Below, in pieces: positions 35,167 to 45,026 of a stretch of 64,000 nt of DNA. How positions within the stretch are numbered: position 1 is the stretch's first letter; every line of letters starts with the position of its first letter. Source of the DNA: a virus. The notes beneath the pieces were generated by a model that was not told where the DNA came from, made no database searches, and saw only the letters and a list, made by a program, of their open reading frames with translations. The position numbers and the translations under genes are program-made. The stretch covers positions 64,001 through 128,000 of the IMG/VR virus record IMGVR_UViG_3300020048_000023; one strand, 5' to 3'.

Positions 35167-35452
35167 TGAAGATGCTAAGGATATGGAATACCTCGGCGAA
35201 TACGCTGGCTACCAATGCTGGAAGAATAGCGAAGGCTTTATAGAAGGGTACAAATCAATTGGCTTGGAAAATGTAACTGGTAAGTACTGTAGGCTGGCTA
35301 AGGATATGACTCGGCTCGTTACAAAGACTAAAACCACCGCCGAATTTGTGGACGTTATTAAGGCAATGGAAGCTAAAGCCAAAACAGATAAAAAAGAAAA
35401 AAAATACAACCCAAAAAAAATAGAAAACCAACTTAAACTCGAACTTTTATGA
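35156..35452 (+). CDS. hypothetical protein
   Basis: 98-aa ORF. Confidence 0.7.
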   Translation: MENNEDAKDMEYLGEYAGYQCWKNSEGFIEGYKSIGLENVTGKYCRLAKDMTRLVTKTKTTAEFVDVIKAMEAKAKTDKKEKKYNPKKIENQLKLELL

Positions 35453-36276
35453 AAAAATCTACATTACTTACTGCCATAATTATTGCTTTCGTTAGCATCA
35501 TCCTTGCGGTAATATTTGTTATTGTCACTTCGACATTAGCGCATTCTCAAACAACGTATCCATATAAGGCTGACAGACCTGGAATGGCTATTGGAGCCTA
35601 CAACGTTGGCGTGCATCAAATGGATTATGAGTGCAGCGCCAACTATGGTAAGTATTTCGGGACAACCACTACGTCAATAACCAATCAATTCAGGTATGGT
35701 GCGTTTGATCATTTGGAATTTAGGGGTGGTTTTAACATCCAGCATAGCGACTATTCAAACGTAGCTGGCATTTCCAATATAAATCTTGGCGCTAAGATAC
35801 CTATTATACGTGATACAGCGGCATTTCCAGCTATCTCAATAACTGGCGGTGTTGTATTACCGCAAGCTGGTAGACCCGAATTTACTATTGATAGCTATCT
35901 AAAATATGCGGCAATTAGTTTGCAAAAATCTTTTGGAAGCGTCATACTAATAGGTAATATTGGCATAATGTCTGACGCCCATATTCCTGATGGGAGTTAC
36001 TTAGTAAACCCTAACACCATAAATCATAAAGCTCAAGGCACTTATGCCTTGGCTGTGTATAAATACTACGGCAATATAGGTGTCTTTATTGAAACCTATG
36101 GGTACTATGGTGCAGGTTCGTCGGAACCATACGAAGCGTTTGATCTTGGATTGGCTATAGTGATAAAAGATAATGTAAGCGTCGATATGTCATTTGGGGC
36201 TTCTTATGCAGATGGACTTGATATTTCATTTTGTAACTGGGGTGTGGGCTGGCTCATACCCAATAAAAATAAGTAA
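35449..36276 (+). CDS. outer-membrane beta-barrel, Phenol_MetA_deg/'transporter'-like
   Basis: Signal peptide; ADRPG...VG...E; RYG...LEFR; alternating strands; C-terminal GVGW. Confidence 0.7.
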   Translation: MKKSTLLTAIIIAFVSIILAVIFVIVTSTLAHSQTTYPYKADRPGMAIGAYNVGVHQMDYECSANYGKYFGTTTTSITNQFRYGAFDHLEFRGGFNIQHSDYSNVAGISNINLGAKIPIIRDTAAFPAISITGGVVLPQAGRPEFTIDSYLKYAAISLQKSFGSVILIGNIGIMSDAHIPDGSYLVNPNTINHKAQGTYALAVYKYYGNIGVFIETYGYYGAGSSEPYEAFDLGLAIVIKDNVSVDMSFGASYADGLDISFCNWGVGWLIPNKNK

Positions 36277-36279
36277 TAT

Positions 36280-36627
36280 ATGAGTAGAGTAATAAAAGGA
36301 TGGCTCAGTGGGTGGTTATATAGCCGCCTAAGAGCTCGGTACATACAGAAAATGTTGTACTACAAGAAGATTGCCGACTATAACCTGTACAGGCATAATG
36401 AAGCGGTCAACAACTACAAGAGTAAATGTGACAACAGAGCCTCTTTAAATAGTGAACAGAGCGAAGCTATGGGTTTTTTCATAGCCGACGAATGCGCTGA
36501 TATGGCGGCAAAGAACTATAATGAAAATTGGGATTTGTACATCAAATTCAAGAACAAACTCGACGTTCTGGATTACGAAGATGAACTACTCAAATTAACA
36601 ATAAATAACACTAACACCGAATCATAA
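36280..36627 (+). CDS. hypothetical protein
   Basis: 115-aa ORF. Confidence 0.7.
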   Translation: MSRVIKGWLSGWLYSRLRARYIQKMLYYKKIADYNLYRHNEAVNNYKSKCDNRASLNSEQSEAMGFFIADECADMAAKNYNENWDLYIKFKNKLDVLDYEDELLKLTINNTNTES

Positions 36628-36905
36628 TGAGAGGAATTAGCTTAGTAAGTAAAATGGTCGGGGCGTTGCTTCTGGCTACTGTATATATCCTATTCTGGGC
36701 GCTAATTATAGGCTTTCCAGTAATGTGGGTGTGGAATTGGATTATGCCTTACCTGTTCCAGTTGCCGCATATCAACTTCTGGCAGTCGTGGGGTATCTTA
36801 TTTCTATCGGCGTCGCTATTCAAATCGAACACGTTTACACAGAAGCCAAAGGAACCTGCGAAGGATAAAGATAAGTATCAGCCGACGATGAAAGTGGTCG
36901 ATTAA
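36627..36905 (+). CDS. membrane protein (PVMW-x-WNW-x-MP-x-LF-x-LP-x-I-x-FWQ motif)
   Basis: Motif common in phage membrane proteins. Confidence 0.8.
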   Translation: MRGISLVSKMVGALLLATVYILFWALIIGFPVMWVWNWIMPYLFQLPHINFWQSWGILFLSASLFKSNTFTQKPKEPAKDKDKYQPTMKVVD

Positions 36906-37074
36906 ACTTCTGTTCAATCTGGCGCCAGCGTTCTTTACTTTTTTCAGGGTATTTTACGCGTTCATAGATAAGCATGCCAGTATGACCTAACACGAACACG
37001 CCAAAAATAATACTGAATATGATGCTCAGGATAACAAGAAACCTGTAAGTTTTATCATAACATTTGTCTGCCAT
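36835..37074 (-). CDS. single-TM membrane protein; only credible minus-strand gene
   Basis: Fills a + strand gap; upstream TATTTATAAATAAAAAGCTATG. Confidence 0.65.
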   Translation of the reverse strand: MADKCYDKTYRFLVILSIIFSIIFGVFVLGHTGMLIYERVKYPEKSKERWRQIEQKFNRPLSSSADTYLYPSQVPLASV

Positions 37075-37103
37075 AGCTTTTTATTTATAAATATTAGAAA
37101 AGC

Positions 37104-37135
37104 CTTGGTTATTGCCGATCTTATGTGTATATTTG
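37104..37135 (+). promoter_or_regulatory. Bacteroidota promoter (variant)
   Basis: CTTG-N20-TATATTTG. Confidence 0.75.
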
Positions 37136-37169
37136 CGGCATAAAATAAAATACTAAAAAAAATAACATT

Positions 37170-37379
37170 ATGATTTCAAAACCAACCGAATTTACAGACC
37201 TCGCCAATGGGCGCTATAAAGGATCATGGTCAGGTCGTAAGGTAGTTGTGTATATGCCAGACGGCATGACCAGCGAACTTTACGTAAGGGATGGTGTGCA
37301 CGGCATCAATGTTCCATGCAAGGTAACTGCAATAGACAACGATGTAACGGTTGAAACTCTCGACCCTAGCATCACCTAA
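37170..37379 (+). CDS. hypothetical protein
   Basis: 69-aa ORF. Confidence 0.7.
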   Translation: MISKPTEFTDLANGRYKGSWSGRKVVVYMPDGMTSELYVRDGVHGINVPCKVTAIDNDVTVETLDPSIT

Positions 37380-37390
37380 TAAAACATATT

Positions 37391-37945
37391 ATGGCTACTC
37401 TAATACCAGTAGACAAACATGGATGGCTCGACTACCAAGGTAAAATATACCTTATCAGAATTTACAAAGAGTCTGGTAAAGAGCCTGGTAACAAAGCCGA
37501 TTTCCAATTCGATGGAACGCTATGCAAACAAGGCTCCGTAGGGGGCTTTGTTGTTGCAAGCTTCGAAAGTAAAAACAAGTATTTCAATTCCAACTACTGG
37601 TATAAGAAAACCGCTTGGGGTAAAGATTACCCCGAGAAGGTGTACTTCAAAACCAACAAGCGTGATCTGTATACTTATTTCGAAAAAACAGGTAAAGCGT
37701 GCGAGGATGGGTTGAAGCGTTACGAAGCTCTGTGGGCAAAAGAACAGGCAGAAGCCGACGCACAAGCCCGACCAGCCGAAAACATACTCAAATCTATCAT
37801 CAGAGCTGCTGTAAAAGCCAGCGGTATTAATCTAATGTTTCCATATAAGGATACTGCATATGGTAACAATTGGTATGAAGCCTACGTTCCGTTAATGGAC
37901 GAAAAGGGTATCCGATATTTGCTCACTTGGGAAAATTGCGATTGA
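37391..37945 (+). CDS. hypothetical protein
   Basis: 184-aa ORF. Confidence 0.8.
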   Translation: MATLIPVDKHGWLDYQGKIYLIRIYKESGKEPGNKADFQFDGTLCKQGSVGGFVVASFESKNKYFNSNYWYKKTAWGKDYPEKVYFKTNKRDLYTYFEKTGKACEDGLKRYEALWAKEQAEADAQARPAENILKSIIRAAVKASGINLMFPYKDTAYGNNWYEAYVPLMDEKGIRYLLTWENCD

Positions 37946-37946
37946 T

Positions 37947-38225
37947 ATGAAACCAGAATGGAAAACGATCAGGGAACACGGCGTACCAGAAAATGGTAGA
38001 GCCGTGATGTTTTTTGACGAGTATGGAAAACAGTTTATCGGGTTCTTCCAGCTACGTTCAAGCGGTCAATATATAGGCTCCGTATTCGTGGAAGCCAGAC
38101 GGAAGAATGAAACCAACGGTATGTTCGGTTCATACGTCCACAAATGGAACACAGTAAGAGCCAAAGATAATGTCAAGGAACTGGAAGAAACAATTAAAAA
38201 ATGGGATTACTTACCAACGGAATAA
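37947..38225 (+). CDS. hypothetical protein
   Basis: 92-aa ORF. Confidence 0.7.
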   Translation: MKPEWKTIREHGVPENGRAVMFFDEYGKQFIGFFQLRSSGQYIGSVFVEARRKNETNGMFGSYVHKWNTVRAKDNVKELEETIKKWDYLPTE

Positions 38226-38226
38226 T

Positions 38227-38661
38227 ATGATAATAAAGAAGCTTAATAAAAAGGAAATTCTGGGGTGGATTAATGCTAACATACCAGCCAGCGTAGAAGT
38301 TGATTTGAATCTGTCACAAATATTTAATAAATTTCAGAACGAAGTTTATAAGCATAATTTGGTGCCAAAGGAAATTGTTGGTAGTATTAAATGCTCGGAG
38401 TGCGGCACAGTTCATAAAACTAATAATATAGACTTATTGGAGCTTGAACATTATGTACCACCGAGAGGTTGCACAGATGGTGATTACTGGGAGCACGAAG
38501 AGTTTTTTATTCTATGTAAAGGTTGTGGGTTCGCCCTGACCATACCTAAAGACGTAAGATATTTATTGCCAGCAACATCGGCTAAAACTATCCATTTGGA
38601 GCGCGGGTGCTCCTATTATCACCGTCAATGCAAAATCAAGTACAAAACAATATACATATGA
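38227..38661 (+). CDS. zinc-binding hypothetical protein
   Basis: CSEC...PRGCTDGDYW...CKGC; ATG 38227. Confidence 0.75.
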   Translation: MIIKKLNKKEILGWINANIPASVEVDLNLSQIFNKFQNEVYKHNLVPKEIVGSIKCSECGTVHKTNNIDLLELEHYVPPRGCTDGDYWEHEEFFILCKGCGFALTIPKDVRYLLPATSAKTIHLERGCSYYHRQCKIKYKTIYI

Positions 38662-38831
38662 AAATGACCAAATATACCAAGGAAATGCTTTTGCTAACCT
38701 TGACCAGAATACAATACATCCCCAAAACTTTGTCCGATGAATCTCGCTTACAGGAGTTTCTGCACCTTATCGACGCTGGCGGATTCGTTATAGAAGAAAA
38801 ACCTAAAACCCCTAAGTCTACCGAAAAATAA
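38658..38831 (+). CDS. small hypothetical protein
   Basis: ATGA overlap. Confidence 0.6.
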   Translation: MKMTKYTKEMLLLTLTRIQYIPKTLSDESRLQEFLHLIDAGGFVIEEKPKTPKSTEK

Positions 38832-38832
38832 A

Positions 38833-38864
38833 TTTGGTGGTTTAAAATTTTAGTTGTATATTTG
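38833..38864 (+). promoter_or_regulatory. Bacteroidota promoter
   Basis: TTTG-N20-TATATTTG. Confidence 0.85.
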
Positions 38865-38888
38865 CCGTGAACTTTTAAACAGACCACG

Positions 38889-39500
38889 ATGCGACGATTA
38901 AAAAGGGGTGAAGAGCCTACAACATTACCTCAGATATTTATGGATAAACTGAATGAAGGCGGTCAGCCTATTCACGCAGTCTATCATTCCTTGTTTAGTA
39001 TGCTTACAGAGCAAATGCTGTTTGAAAGCTTACTTCCTTACTATGAGTATTGGTCTGGATTTTATCGTGGCGATAATGCTCAATGGTATAAAGATAATTG
39101 GTTTAAGGCATTTCATAAATCAATTCGCCAGTTCGACTATTTTAATGGTTGCTCTTTTAGCTACGATAATCCAGAATTTACTGAGGATGAACGAATAGAG
39201 GTTAAAAACCTATGGGCTCAATACCAGAAAATAGTATTTACAATTCCCGAAGACAACGCCCTATCCACTTCCGAAAATGTGGCTAAATGGCGTGACGCTT
39301 GGAAAGAACAGTTACCTGTAGAATATGACCGCTACCAAGTGCTTATAAAGAAGCGCAATATTAAGATTAATGAAGATATAAGTGGCAACTTGGATAGCGT
39401 CCTGTGGAACCTTATTCACGTTGACATAAACAACATACTGATGCATACAATGTCGCAGTCATTTTTAATTTACCAACACAAATTAACCGATGGAAAATAA
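38889..39500 (+). CDS. hypothetical protein
   Basis: 203-aa ORF. Confidence 0.75.
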   Translation: MRRLKRGEEPTTLPQIFMDKLNEGGQPIHAVYHSLFSMLTEQMLFESLLPYYEYWSGFYRGDNAQWYKDNWFKAFHKSIRQFDYFNGCSFSYDNPEFTEDERIEVKNLWAQYQKIVFTIPEDNALSTSENVAKWRDAWKEQLPVEYDRYQVLIKKRNIKINEDISGNLDSVLWNLIHVDINNILMHTMSQSFLIYQHKLTDGK

Positions 39501-39624
39501 AGAAGTTAAACATAAACACAGCATTGAGCTGGGCGATAATCTTACTTACCTGTTATGGGTATTGGTTGTGGCTGGATTTCTTTTCGGAATGTCTTACTTC
39601 CACTTGTGGGATGGATTAAAATAA
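39490..39624 (+). CDS. small membrane protein (44 aa, not in track)
   Basis: One TM: LTYLLWVLVVAGFLFGMSYF. Confidence 0.6.
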   Translation: MENKEVKHKHSIELGDNLTYLLWVLVVAGFLFGMSYFHLWDGLK

Positions 39625-39627
39625 GCT

Positions 39628-40020
39628 ATGGAAAACTGTCAATTTGTTAAGGATTGTATAGCCCTGAAAGTGGGCGAGTCGATACAGCTACCGACGCTTA
39701 GCTTCGATGAACTGTTCAACCTGAAATACCCAGCCGAGGCTACGGAAGACCCTATGCAGTTATTTTTGTTCAGTAAGTTCCGCATCACAGCCGAAACTGC
39801 CACGGATAACGAAATGCGCCGTTGGAACGGTAAGGATTCAAGAAAGGATGAAAACTTCATTCGACACATATGCCCAGCTGGTACCACGGTACTGGTATGG
39901 ATGGTATCACGCTTCGGCGACGTAGGCGTAACCAATATACTGGTCGATGCTGTGGGTTACGATACAAGAATTGATCAAAGTACACTTATTAATTGGGTTA
40001 TAACCCGCAAAGAAGATTAA
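39628..40020 (+). CDS. hypothetical phage protein
   Basis: MVSRFGDVGVT...GYD-x-R motif. Confidence 0.8.
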   Translation: MENCQFVKDCIALKVGESIQLPTLSFDELFNLKYPAEATEDPMQLFLFSKFRITAETATDNEMRRWNGKDSRKDENFIRHICPAGTTVLVWMVSRFGDVGVTNILVDAVGYDTRIDQSTLINWVITRKED

Positions 40021-40021
40021 A

Positions 40022-40438
40022 ATGAAACAGCTACACTACAACCTGAGAGCTAAAGATGCTGGCGACCCTGACTCAAAGGCTTGGCTCGAAGAAATGACCT
40101 ATTGGGTCGAAGATAATGTAACCGCCGAACAGCACGGGCGTGAAATAGTAAAACGTTTTAACGAAACGTTGAAGCCTTACGAGAAACCGCGTGAGTTCGT
40201 TGACGCCATAGAGCCAATGACAGAGAACTTCGTTAAGAACCCGAGAGCCGTAAACGCCCCAAAGCCAGCCAATCTGATGCACCAATGGGAGAAGACCAGC
40301 CTCGTTACCGAAAAAGGTGGCTATGATAAAATGACCTGCAAAGTATGTGGAGCCAAGGGTAAACGCTTTGGTATGGGTCAGTTTGGCGTAAAAGCTGACA
40401 GGAAAACTCAGGTATATTGTAAAGGTCAAAAGAAATAA
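40022..40438 (+). CDS. hypothetical protein with Zn motif
   Basis: HQWEK...YD-x3-CKVCG-x2-GKR. Confidence 0.8.
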   Translation: MKQLHYNLRAKDAGDPDSKAWLEEMTYWVEDNVTAEQHGREIVKRFNETLKPYEKPREFVDAIEPMTENFVKNPRAVNAPKPANLMHQWEKTSLVTEKGGYDKMTCKVCGAKGKRFGMGQFGVKADRKTQVYCKGQKK

Positions 40439-40439
40439 T

Positions 40440-40898
40440 ATGCGTAAATTACTATTCGTATTACTATTGACTGTGGGGATGGTCACTTGTGATGATGAAC
40501 CTACTTATGAACCATTTATAGGTAAATGGGTTCCTGACCAAGATACGTATTATCCTAAAGAGCCTAACATTATTTATTATGGCTTTTTTAAGGATAGCGT
40601 TAGGACAACCAGACGCATATCTTACATTGATACGGTATACATTGTTATATCAGATGCGCCGTCTGTTTCGACTGGCGCCCATTTAAAGAACAATTCTTTA
40701 ATATATAACAACTTCTGGACTAAAAATAACCCGATCACCCAAAACTGCTCGACAGATTCTATTGTTTTTTATGACGTATCAAGTAAAATACTTGGCGATA
40801 CTATGGTTGAAACAGGTAGCTATACTGTGTACGTAAATGGAATTGAACAGGATAGGGGCGTCAATTACTATATTGCCAAATTTGTAAAACGAAAATAA
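40440..40898 (+). CDS. putative lipoprotein
   Basis: Signal peptide + MVTC-DD. Confidence 0.65.
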   Translation: MRKLLFVLLLTVGMVTCDDEPTYEPFIGKWVPDQDTYYPKEPNIIYYGFFKDSVRTTRRISYIDTVYIVISDAPSVSTGAHLKNNSLIYNNFWTKNNPITQNCSTDSIVFYDVSSKILGDTMVETGSYTVYVNGIEQDRGVNYYIAKFVKRK

Positions 40899-40899
40899 T

Positions 40900-41412
40900 A
40901 TGAAAAACTTAGCAGGAGTAAAAGAATGCAACAGCGTGTTAGCCGAAGAGCTACTAAGTGCTGGCGCCGAATTGGTTGAGGTCGAGAAGACCCGCAGTGA
41001 AGTACCTTACACCTACATAGGCAAAGTAGGCGATTGGACTCTTACCAGAGCTTGGTACTACTGGATGGCTAATACCGAAGGTAAAGGTCTTCCGCTGGCA
41101 GTTGCCGAGGTTATGCACAACAAGCCTTATCCAAAGGCGTTATGTGAAGGTCACGAAATGGTCTATGGCGACCAGATTCGCGTCGCTGGACATTGCGGGT
41201 GCCCGTCCCCAAACGAATGGGCATTTCCTGATGATAATACACTAATACAACAGCTTAAAGAAAAGGGTATTACCGACGACACATATGGAAATATAGCTAA
41301 GTTGCTTGACGAGGGTGTGCTTACTGGTAAACGTTTTGTGAAAAACTATCATATTGATTCGCAGGAAGGATTGAACGAGTTCGTAAGGGTTATCAAATCA
41401 TTAAATCCATAA
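40900..41412 (+). CDS. hypothetical phage protein
   Basis: NLAG...RAWYYW...IRVAGHCGCP...YHIDSQEGL. Confidence 0.8.
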   Translation: MKNLAGVKECNSVLAEELLSAGAELVEVEKTRSEVPYTYIGKVGDWTLTRAWYYWMANTEGKGLPLAVAEVMHNKPYPKALCEGHEMVYGDQIRVAGHCGCPSPNEWAFPDDNTLIQQLKEKGITDDTYGNIAKLLDEGVLTGKRFVKNYHIDSQEGLNEFVRVIKSLNP

Positions 41413-41415
41413 GCT

Positions 41416-41670
41416 ATGAATATAATCAATAGTAGTGCACCCATTATAGTAAACCCTAATGGTGTAAAACACGAAAACTACCCTATTAATACTGATCATA
41501 TTGTATACATGGCTAAAGTGTATTTTAGCCGTTCAGAGATATGGAAGGAAGTCTGGGGTATTCGTTTTATGCTCACAAAAGGTGAAGTAGACTGGCGGTA
41601 CGATAACGAACTAACCAGAGATAATAGGTTTGCAGAGATACTACAGTACCTTGGGACAAAACTTTTTTAA
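41416..41670 (+). CDS. hypothetical protein
   Basis: 84-aa ORF. Confidence 0.7.
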   Translation: MNIINSSAPIIVNPNGVKHENYPINTDHIVYMAKVYFSRSEIWKEVWGIRFMLTKGEVDWRYDNELTRDNRFAEILQYLGTKLF

Positions 41671-41677
41671 ATAAAAA

Positions 41678-41709
41678 TTTGGTAGTGTCAAAAATTAGTT
41701 CTATATTTG
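41678..41709 (+). promoter_or_regulatory. Bacteroidota promoter
   Basis: TTTG-N20-TATATTTG. Confidence 0.85.
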
Positions 41710-41750
41710 CGGCATAATTCAAATCATAACAAACTAAAACCAACAAAACA

Positions 41751-42323
41751 ATGAGAAAAATTCTTGGACTGTTACTGGTAATGTCAATGTTCGTATTAAT
41801 GTCCAACTCGGGCTGTGAACCTGACAAAGAAACAACAACAAGCAGCGGTGTAAAACGCGCCACTGTAAAAGTACAAACGAATGCCGATGGTACTACCGTT
41901 GAGCAGGGTAAAATTGCCGATAGGATTACGAATGACAATAAACCTGGCGCTATTAAGTACCTGTACTGTATTTCGCCGTATTCGGGTCAGTGTATTATCT
42001 ATTCAACCGTGGCAGGTAAGGTAACCAGTTCGGGTAAACGTTTACAACCTAAAACTGTTATCGGTAGGGGTAATGACGTTAACGTAACTGACTACGACGA
42101 CAATGTTGTTTATATAGGTAATAAGCAATTTTTAACCAGCGAAGTTATACAGGACGACGGTACATTCGGCGATTCAGACCCGTACATTTATTGGTGGGAC
42201 GTTCGCGGGGTTTATCACCAGCACTTTATGACAGGCGGACAGATACTACACATTTCGGATGCCCCGCTCGCCGTGAAATCAATTGTTATAAACATCGAAG
42301 AACTTGCTAAAGATGCGAACTAA
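41751..42323 (+). CDS. putative lipoprotein
   Basis: NSGC lipobox-like; GKVTSSGKRL, DGTFG-x-S. Confidence 0.75.
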   Translation: MRKILGLLLVMSMFVLMSNSGCEPDKETTTSSGVKRATVKVQTNADGTTVEQGKIADRITNDNKPGAIKYLYCISPYSGQCIIYSTVAGKVTSSGKRLQPKTVIGRGNDVNVTDYDDNVVYIGNKQFLTSEVIQDDGTFGDSDPYIYWWDVRGVYHQHFMTGGQILHISDAPLAVKSIVINIEELAKDAN

Positions 42324-42759
42324 ATTCACACTCCTGCTGGCAACCGCATTGCTATGCGCTGTTGCCCTTACATCGTGCCGCTATGCCAATGATGCCTCGG
42401 ACACGCTGTACAATGAAACCAAAGCTTCCACGCTACTCAAAAAGTACGAATACTTTAAGGACGTAGCCGCAGCATTGGACGCCAAAGTAGCCAGCATTCA
42501 GTTGCTTGAAGGTAAGGTGAACCAAATGAAAAAGGATTATGACGGTAAACCACGCTCCGAGTGGGCGCGGGAAGATCGGGAACAGAATAACCTTAATCAG
42601 GAAGAACTGGCTGGCTTAAAAATGTCCTACAATACATTGGCTGGGGAATATAATTCTGCAATGAGCAAAATGAATTATGCTTTTTGTAATGTTGGCGAGC
42701 TACCGCAAGGCGCCACTAAACCATTACCCCGCGAATTTAAGCCATATATAACCGAGTAA
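42313..42759 (+). CDS. putative helical lipoprotein
   Basis: LTSC lipobox; YEYF...EYN...LP; ATG 42313. Confidence 0.75.
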   Translation: MRTKFTLLLATALLCAVALTSCRYANDASDTLYNETKASTLLKKYEYFKDVAAALDAKVASIQLLEGKVNQMKKDYDGKPRSEWAREDREQNNLNQEELAGLKMSYNTLAGEYNSAMSKMNYAFCNVGELPQGATKPLPREFKPYITE

Positions 42760-42836
42760 TATTTATTTTCATACAAAATTGACTTTTGCCATTTATGTTT
42801 ATATATATAAATATAATATGGCAAAAGTCAATTTCT

Positions 42837-43400
42837 ATGAACGAAAGATATTCTCAAGACGAAAATGGTCAATGGTGGTTTAAAAACTACGAGGGCGCAA
42901 CCAAAAATTCGATAAACGGTAAATTAGGTGGAACAGGGTTAATCAGAGCTTATTTAGTGGTATGTTTGCATTGCGGGGCTGAATTTCCGAGAATAAAGTG
43001 CCACACAAAAACAAATGGTAAAACTTTTTGTTCCAAATTATGCGCTAACGCTTATCACGAACCAATTAGAACTAAACAAGGCGAACAGCACCCAAGTTGG
43101 AAAGGTGGTCGGCGTAAAGACTCCAGAGGGTATATACGCCTATGGAAGCCCGAACACCCAAATGCCAATTCTGAAGGTTGTGTACTCGAACACCGCTATG
43201 TAATGGAACAAATTATAGGTAGGATTTTATTACCAAATGAAACTGTACATCATAAAAATGGAAAACGTGATGATAATAGACCTGATAACTTAGAATTATT
43301 CGCAACCCAGCACGGAAAGGGTCAGTCAGTGGAAGATTTAATCACCCGAGCAAAGGAAATATTACAGCTCTATGAACCAAATTCATTAATAACACAGTAA
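42837..43400 (+). CDS. free-standing HNH homing endonuclease
   Basis: CLHC...FCS-x2-C; WKGG; EHR-x-VME; HHKNG-x-RDDNRPDNL. Confidence 0.9.
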   Translation: MNERYSQDENGQWWFKNYEGATKNSINGKLGGTGLIRAYLVVCLHCGAEFPRIKCHTKTNGKTFCSKLCANAYHEPIRTKQGEQHPSWKGGRRKDSRGYIRLWKPEHPNANSEGCVLEHRYVMEQIIGRILLPNETVHHKNGKRDDNRPDNLELFATQHGKGQSVEDLITRAKEILQLYEPNSLITQ

Positions 43401-43424
43401 CACAGGGATTCTCCTTTCTTGTGG

Positions 43425-43455
43425 AAGCGTTGGGTGCAAACTCAGCGCTTTTTTT
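43425..43455 (+). terminator. intrinsic terminator
   Basis: AAGCGTTGGGT-GCAA-ACTCAGCGCTT + T-tract. Confidence 0.8.
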
Positions 43456-43464
43456 ATGGTAAAA

Positions 43465-43496
43465 TTTGGTAGTTTCAAAAATTAGTTGTACTTTTG
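43465..43496 (+). promoter_or_regulatory. Bacteroidota promoter
   Basis: TTTG-N20-TACTTTTG. Confidence 0.85.
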
Positions 43497-43519
43497 CTTA
43501 AACTTTAAAACAAAACGCA

Positions 43520-44068
43520 ATGAACTACATTTACAAATTAAACGGCAAGACTATCAAAGCCACCAATTCAGTTACTGGCGAACCTATGGTTATCGCTTTC
43601 GCTCCATTCTGGTTCAAGCCTTGGAGCTCAACCTACGAAAAGCTGGACGCTATATGCACATACAAGGACGAATACCATAAGTGGTTGACTTCCGTTGAAC
43701 GTAAGGAATTGAATGAAAATGAACTTCACTGTGCTGGCATCCGTAAGCCACGTGACCCACACTCTTGGGAAATGTCGTCGTATCGCGAAGCCGCTGCTTC
43801 GTACTGGAAACTGAAACGTAAGGTGCTTAATGCCGAAAAGTTTGAGAAAAATTTCGAAGCCGCTGGTGTAAATCACGTGGTATTTGAAGATAGTGCCAGT
43901 GATCTCATAAAGAATGGTACAACCAACATACACAAGCTTAATGGTTCGTACTACTTTGATGAACAAAACCCTGACTTCGGTACGCCGTTAGTTGGTATAC
44001 TGACCGCTGTTAAAGGTAAATATACATTCACCCCTAAAACCGAAACCGATGCTAATTCAGGACTTTGA
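43520..44068 (+). CDS. hypothetical protein
   Basis: 182-aa ORF. Confidence 0.8.
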   Translation: MNYIYKLNGKTIKATNSVTGEPMVIAFAPFWFKPWSSTYEKLDAICTYKDEYHKWLTSVERKELNENELHCAGIRKPRDPHSWEMSSYREAAASYWKLKRKVLNAEKFEKNFEAAGVNHVVFEDSASDLIKNGTTNIHKLNGSYYFDEQNPDFGTPLVGILTAVKGKYTFTPKTETDANSGL

Positions 44069-45023
44069 GATATTCAAGGGTAATTCCTATTCACCGTTTG
44101 AGAATAACGGCAAGCACTATCTGTTGAACCGTGAACCGTATCTGGATATAGTACTGAGCGACTATTGCAATGCCAACTGCTCGTTCTGTATTGCCGACCT
44201 GCTTCACTCCAAACTGAGGTTGAACTTCGACATAGCCAAAACAAAGGTTAAGTTCGCCGTAGATCATATGCAGGTCAGAGATGCATTATTGTTGGGCGGT
44301 GAGCCAACTACCAGCGTTATACTTATACCGTTCATTGAGTACCTGCAAACGCTCAACCTGAACAAGATCATTATGACCACCAACGGTCTGAATCTGGCAC
44401 GTAACGTAGCCTACAGGGAAAAGATTTTCAGCTCTGGATTAACTCACGTCAATATTTCATTTATGAGCCTTGACGTGGCTGCACAAAAAGCTGTCACCGA
44501 ATCTGAACAACCGCTCACACTTGTGGATATTATAGCTATCAGCGAAACAGCCCGCAAATATGGCGTAAAGCTTCGCATCAATAACAACGTGTGGAAGGGT
44601 AATAATGACACGCTCAACCTAATGACCGAGTTTTATGATACTGTCAGACCGCTTGTAGATTCTGTAAAATTTAGCCCATTATTAAAAACTGACGCATTCA
44701 GTGTGGTAGATTTCAAAACCCAATGGGTAAAGGATAACATATTGTCAGATGATTATTATGACAATTTATTTGAAAGCTTGGAAAAGTTCTTTGTTAACCT
44801 GCGCAGGATATCTATCATCACCAATGAAGAACAGTTCGGCTTTGTAAAGAACTCAATGATTCCGCTTGCTGTGCCGATCATCCTGAACTGGAACCAGCAC
44901 GGGCAGATGATGAATAAAGTTGTCAAGGAAAACAAGATAAACAACCTTAAACTGTTGCCGAACGGTGAGCTTTCGCTATCGTGGAACAGGGAACTTACAC
45001 AATATTACATTAAAACCGAATAA
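44049..45023 (+). CDS. radical SAM protein
   Basis: CNANCSFC, LGGEPT, TTNG, HVNIS. Confidence 0.9.
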   Translation: MLIQDFEIFKGNSYSPFENNGKHYLLNREPYLDIVLSDYCNANCSFCIADLLHSKLRLNFDIAKTKVKFAVDHMQVRDALLLGGEPTTSVILIPFIEYLQTLNLNKIIMTTNGLNLARNVAYREKIFSSGLTHVNISFMSLDVAAQKAVTESEQPLTLVDIIAISETARKYGVKLRINNNVWKGNNDTLNLMTEFYDTVRPLVDSVKFSPLLKTDAFSVVDFKTQWVKDNILSDDYYDNLFESLEKFFVNLRRISIITNEEQFGFVKNSMIPLAVPIILNWNQHGQMMNKVVKENKINNLKLLPNGELSLSWNRELTQYYIKTE

Positions 45024-45026
45024 AAA

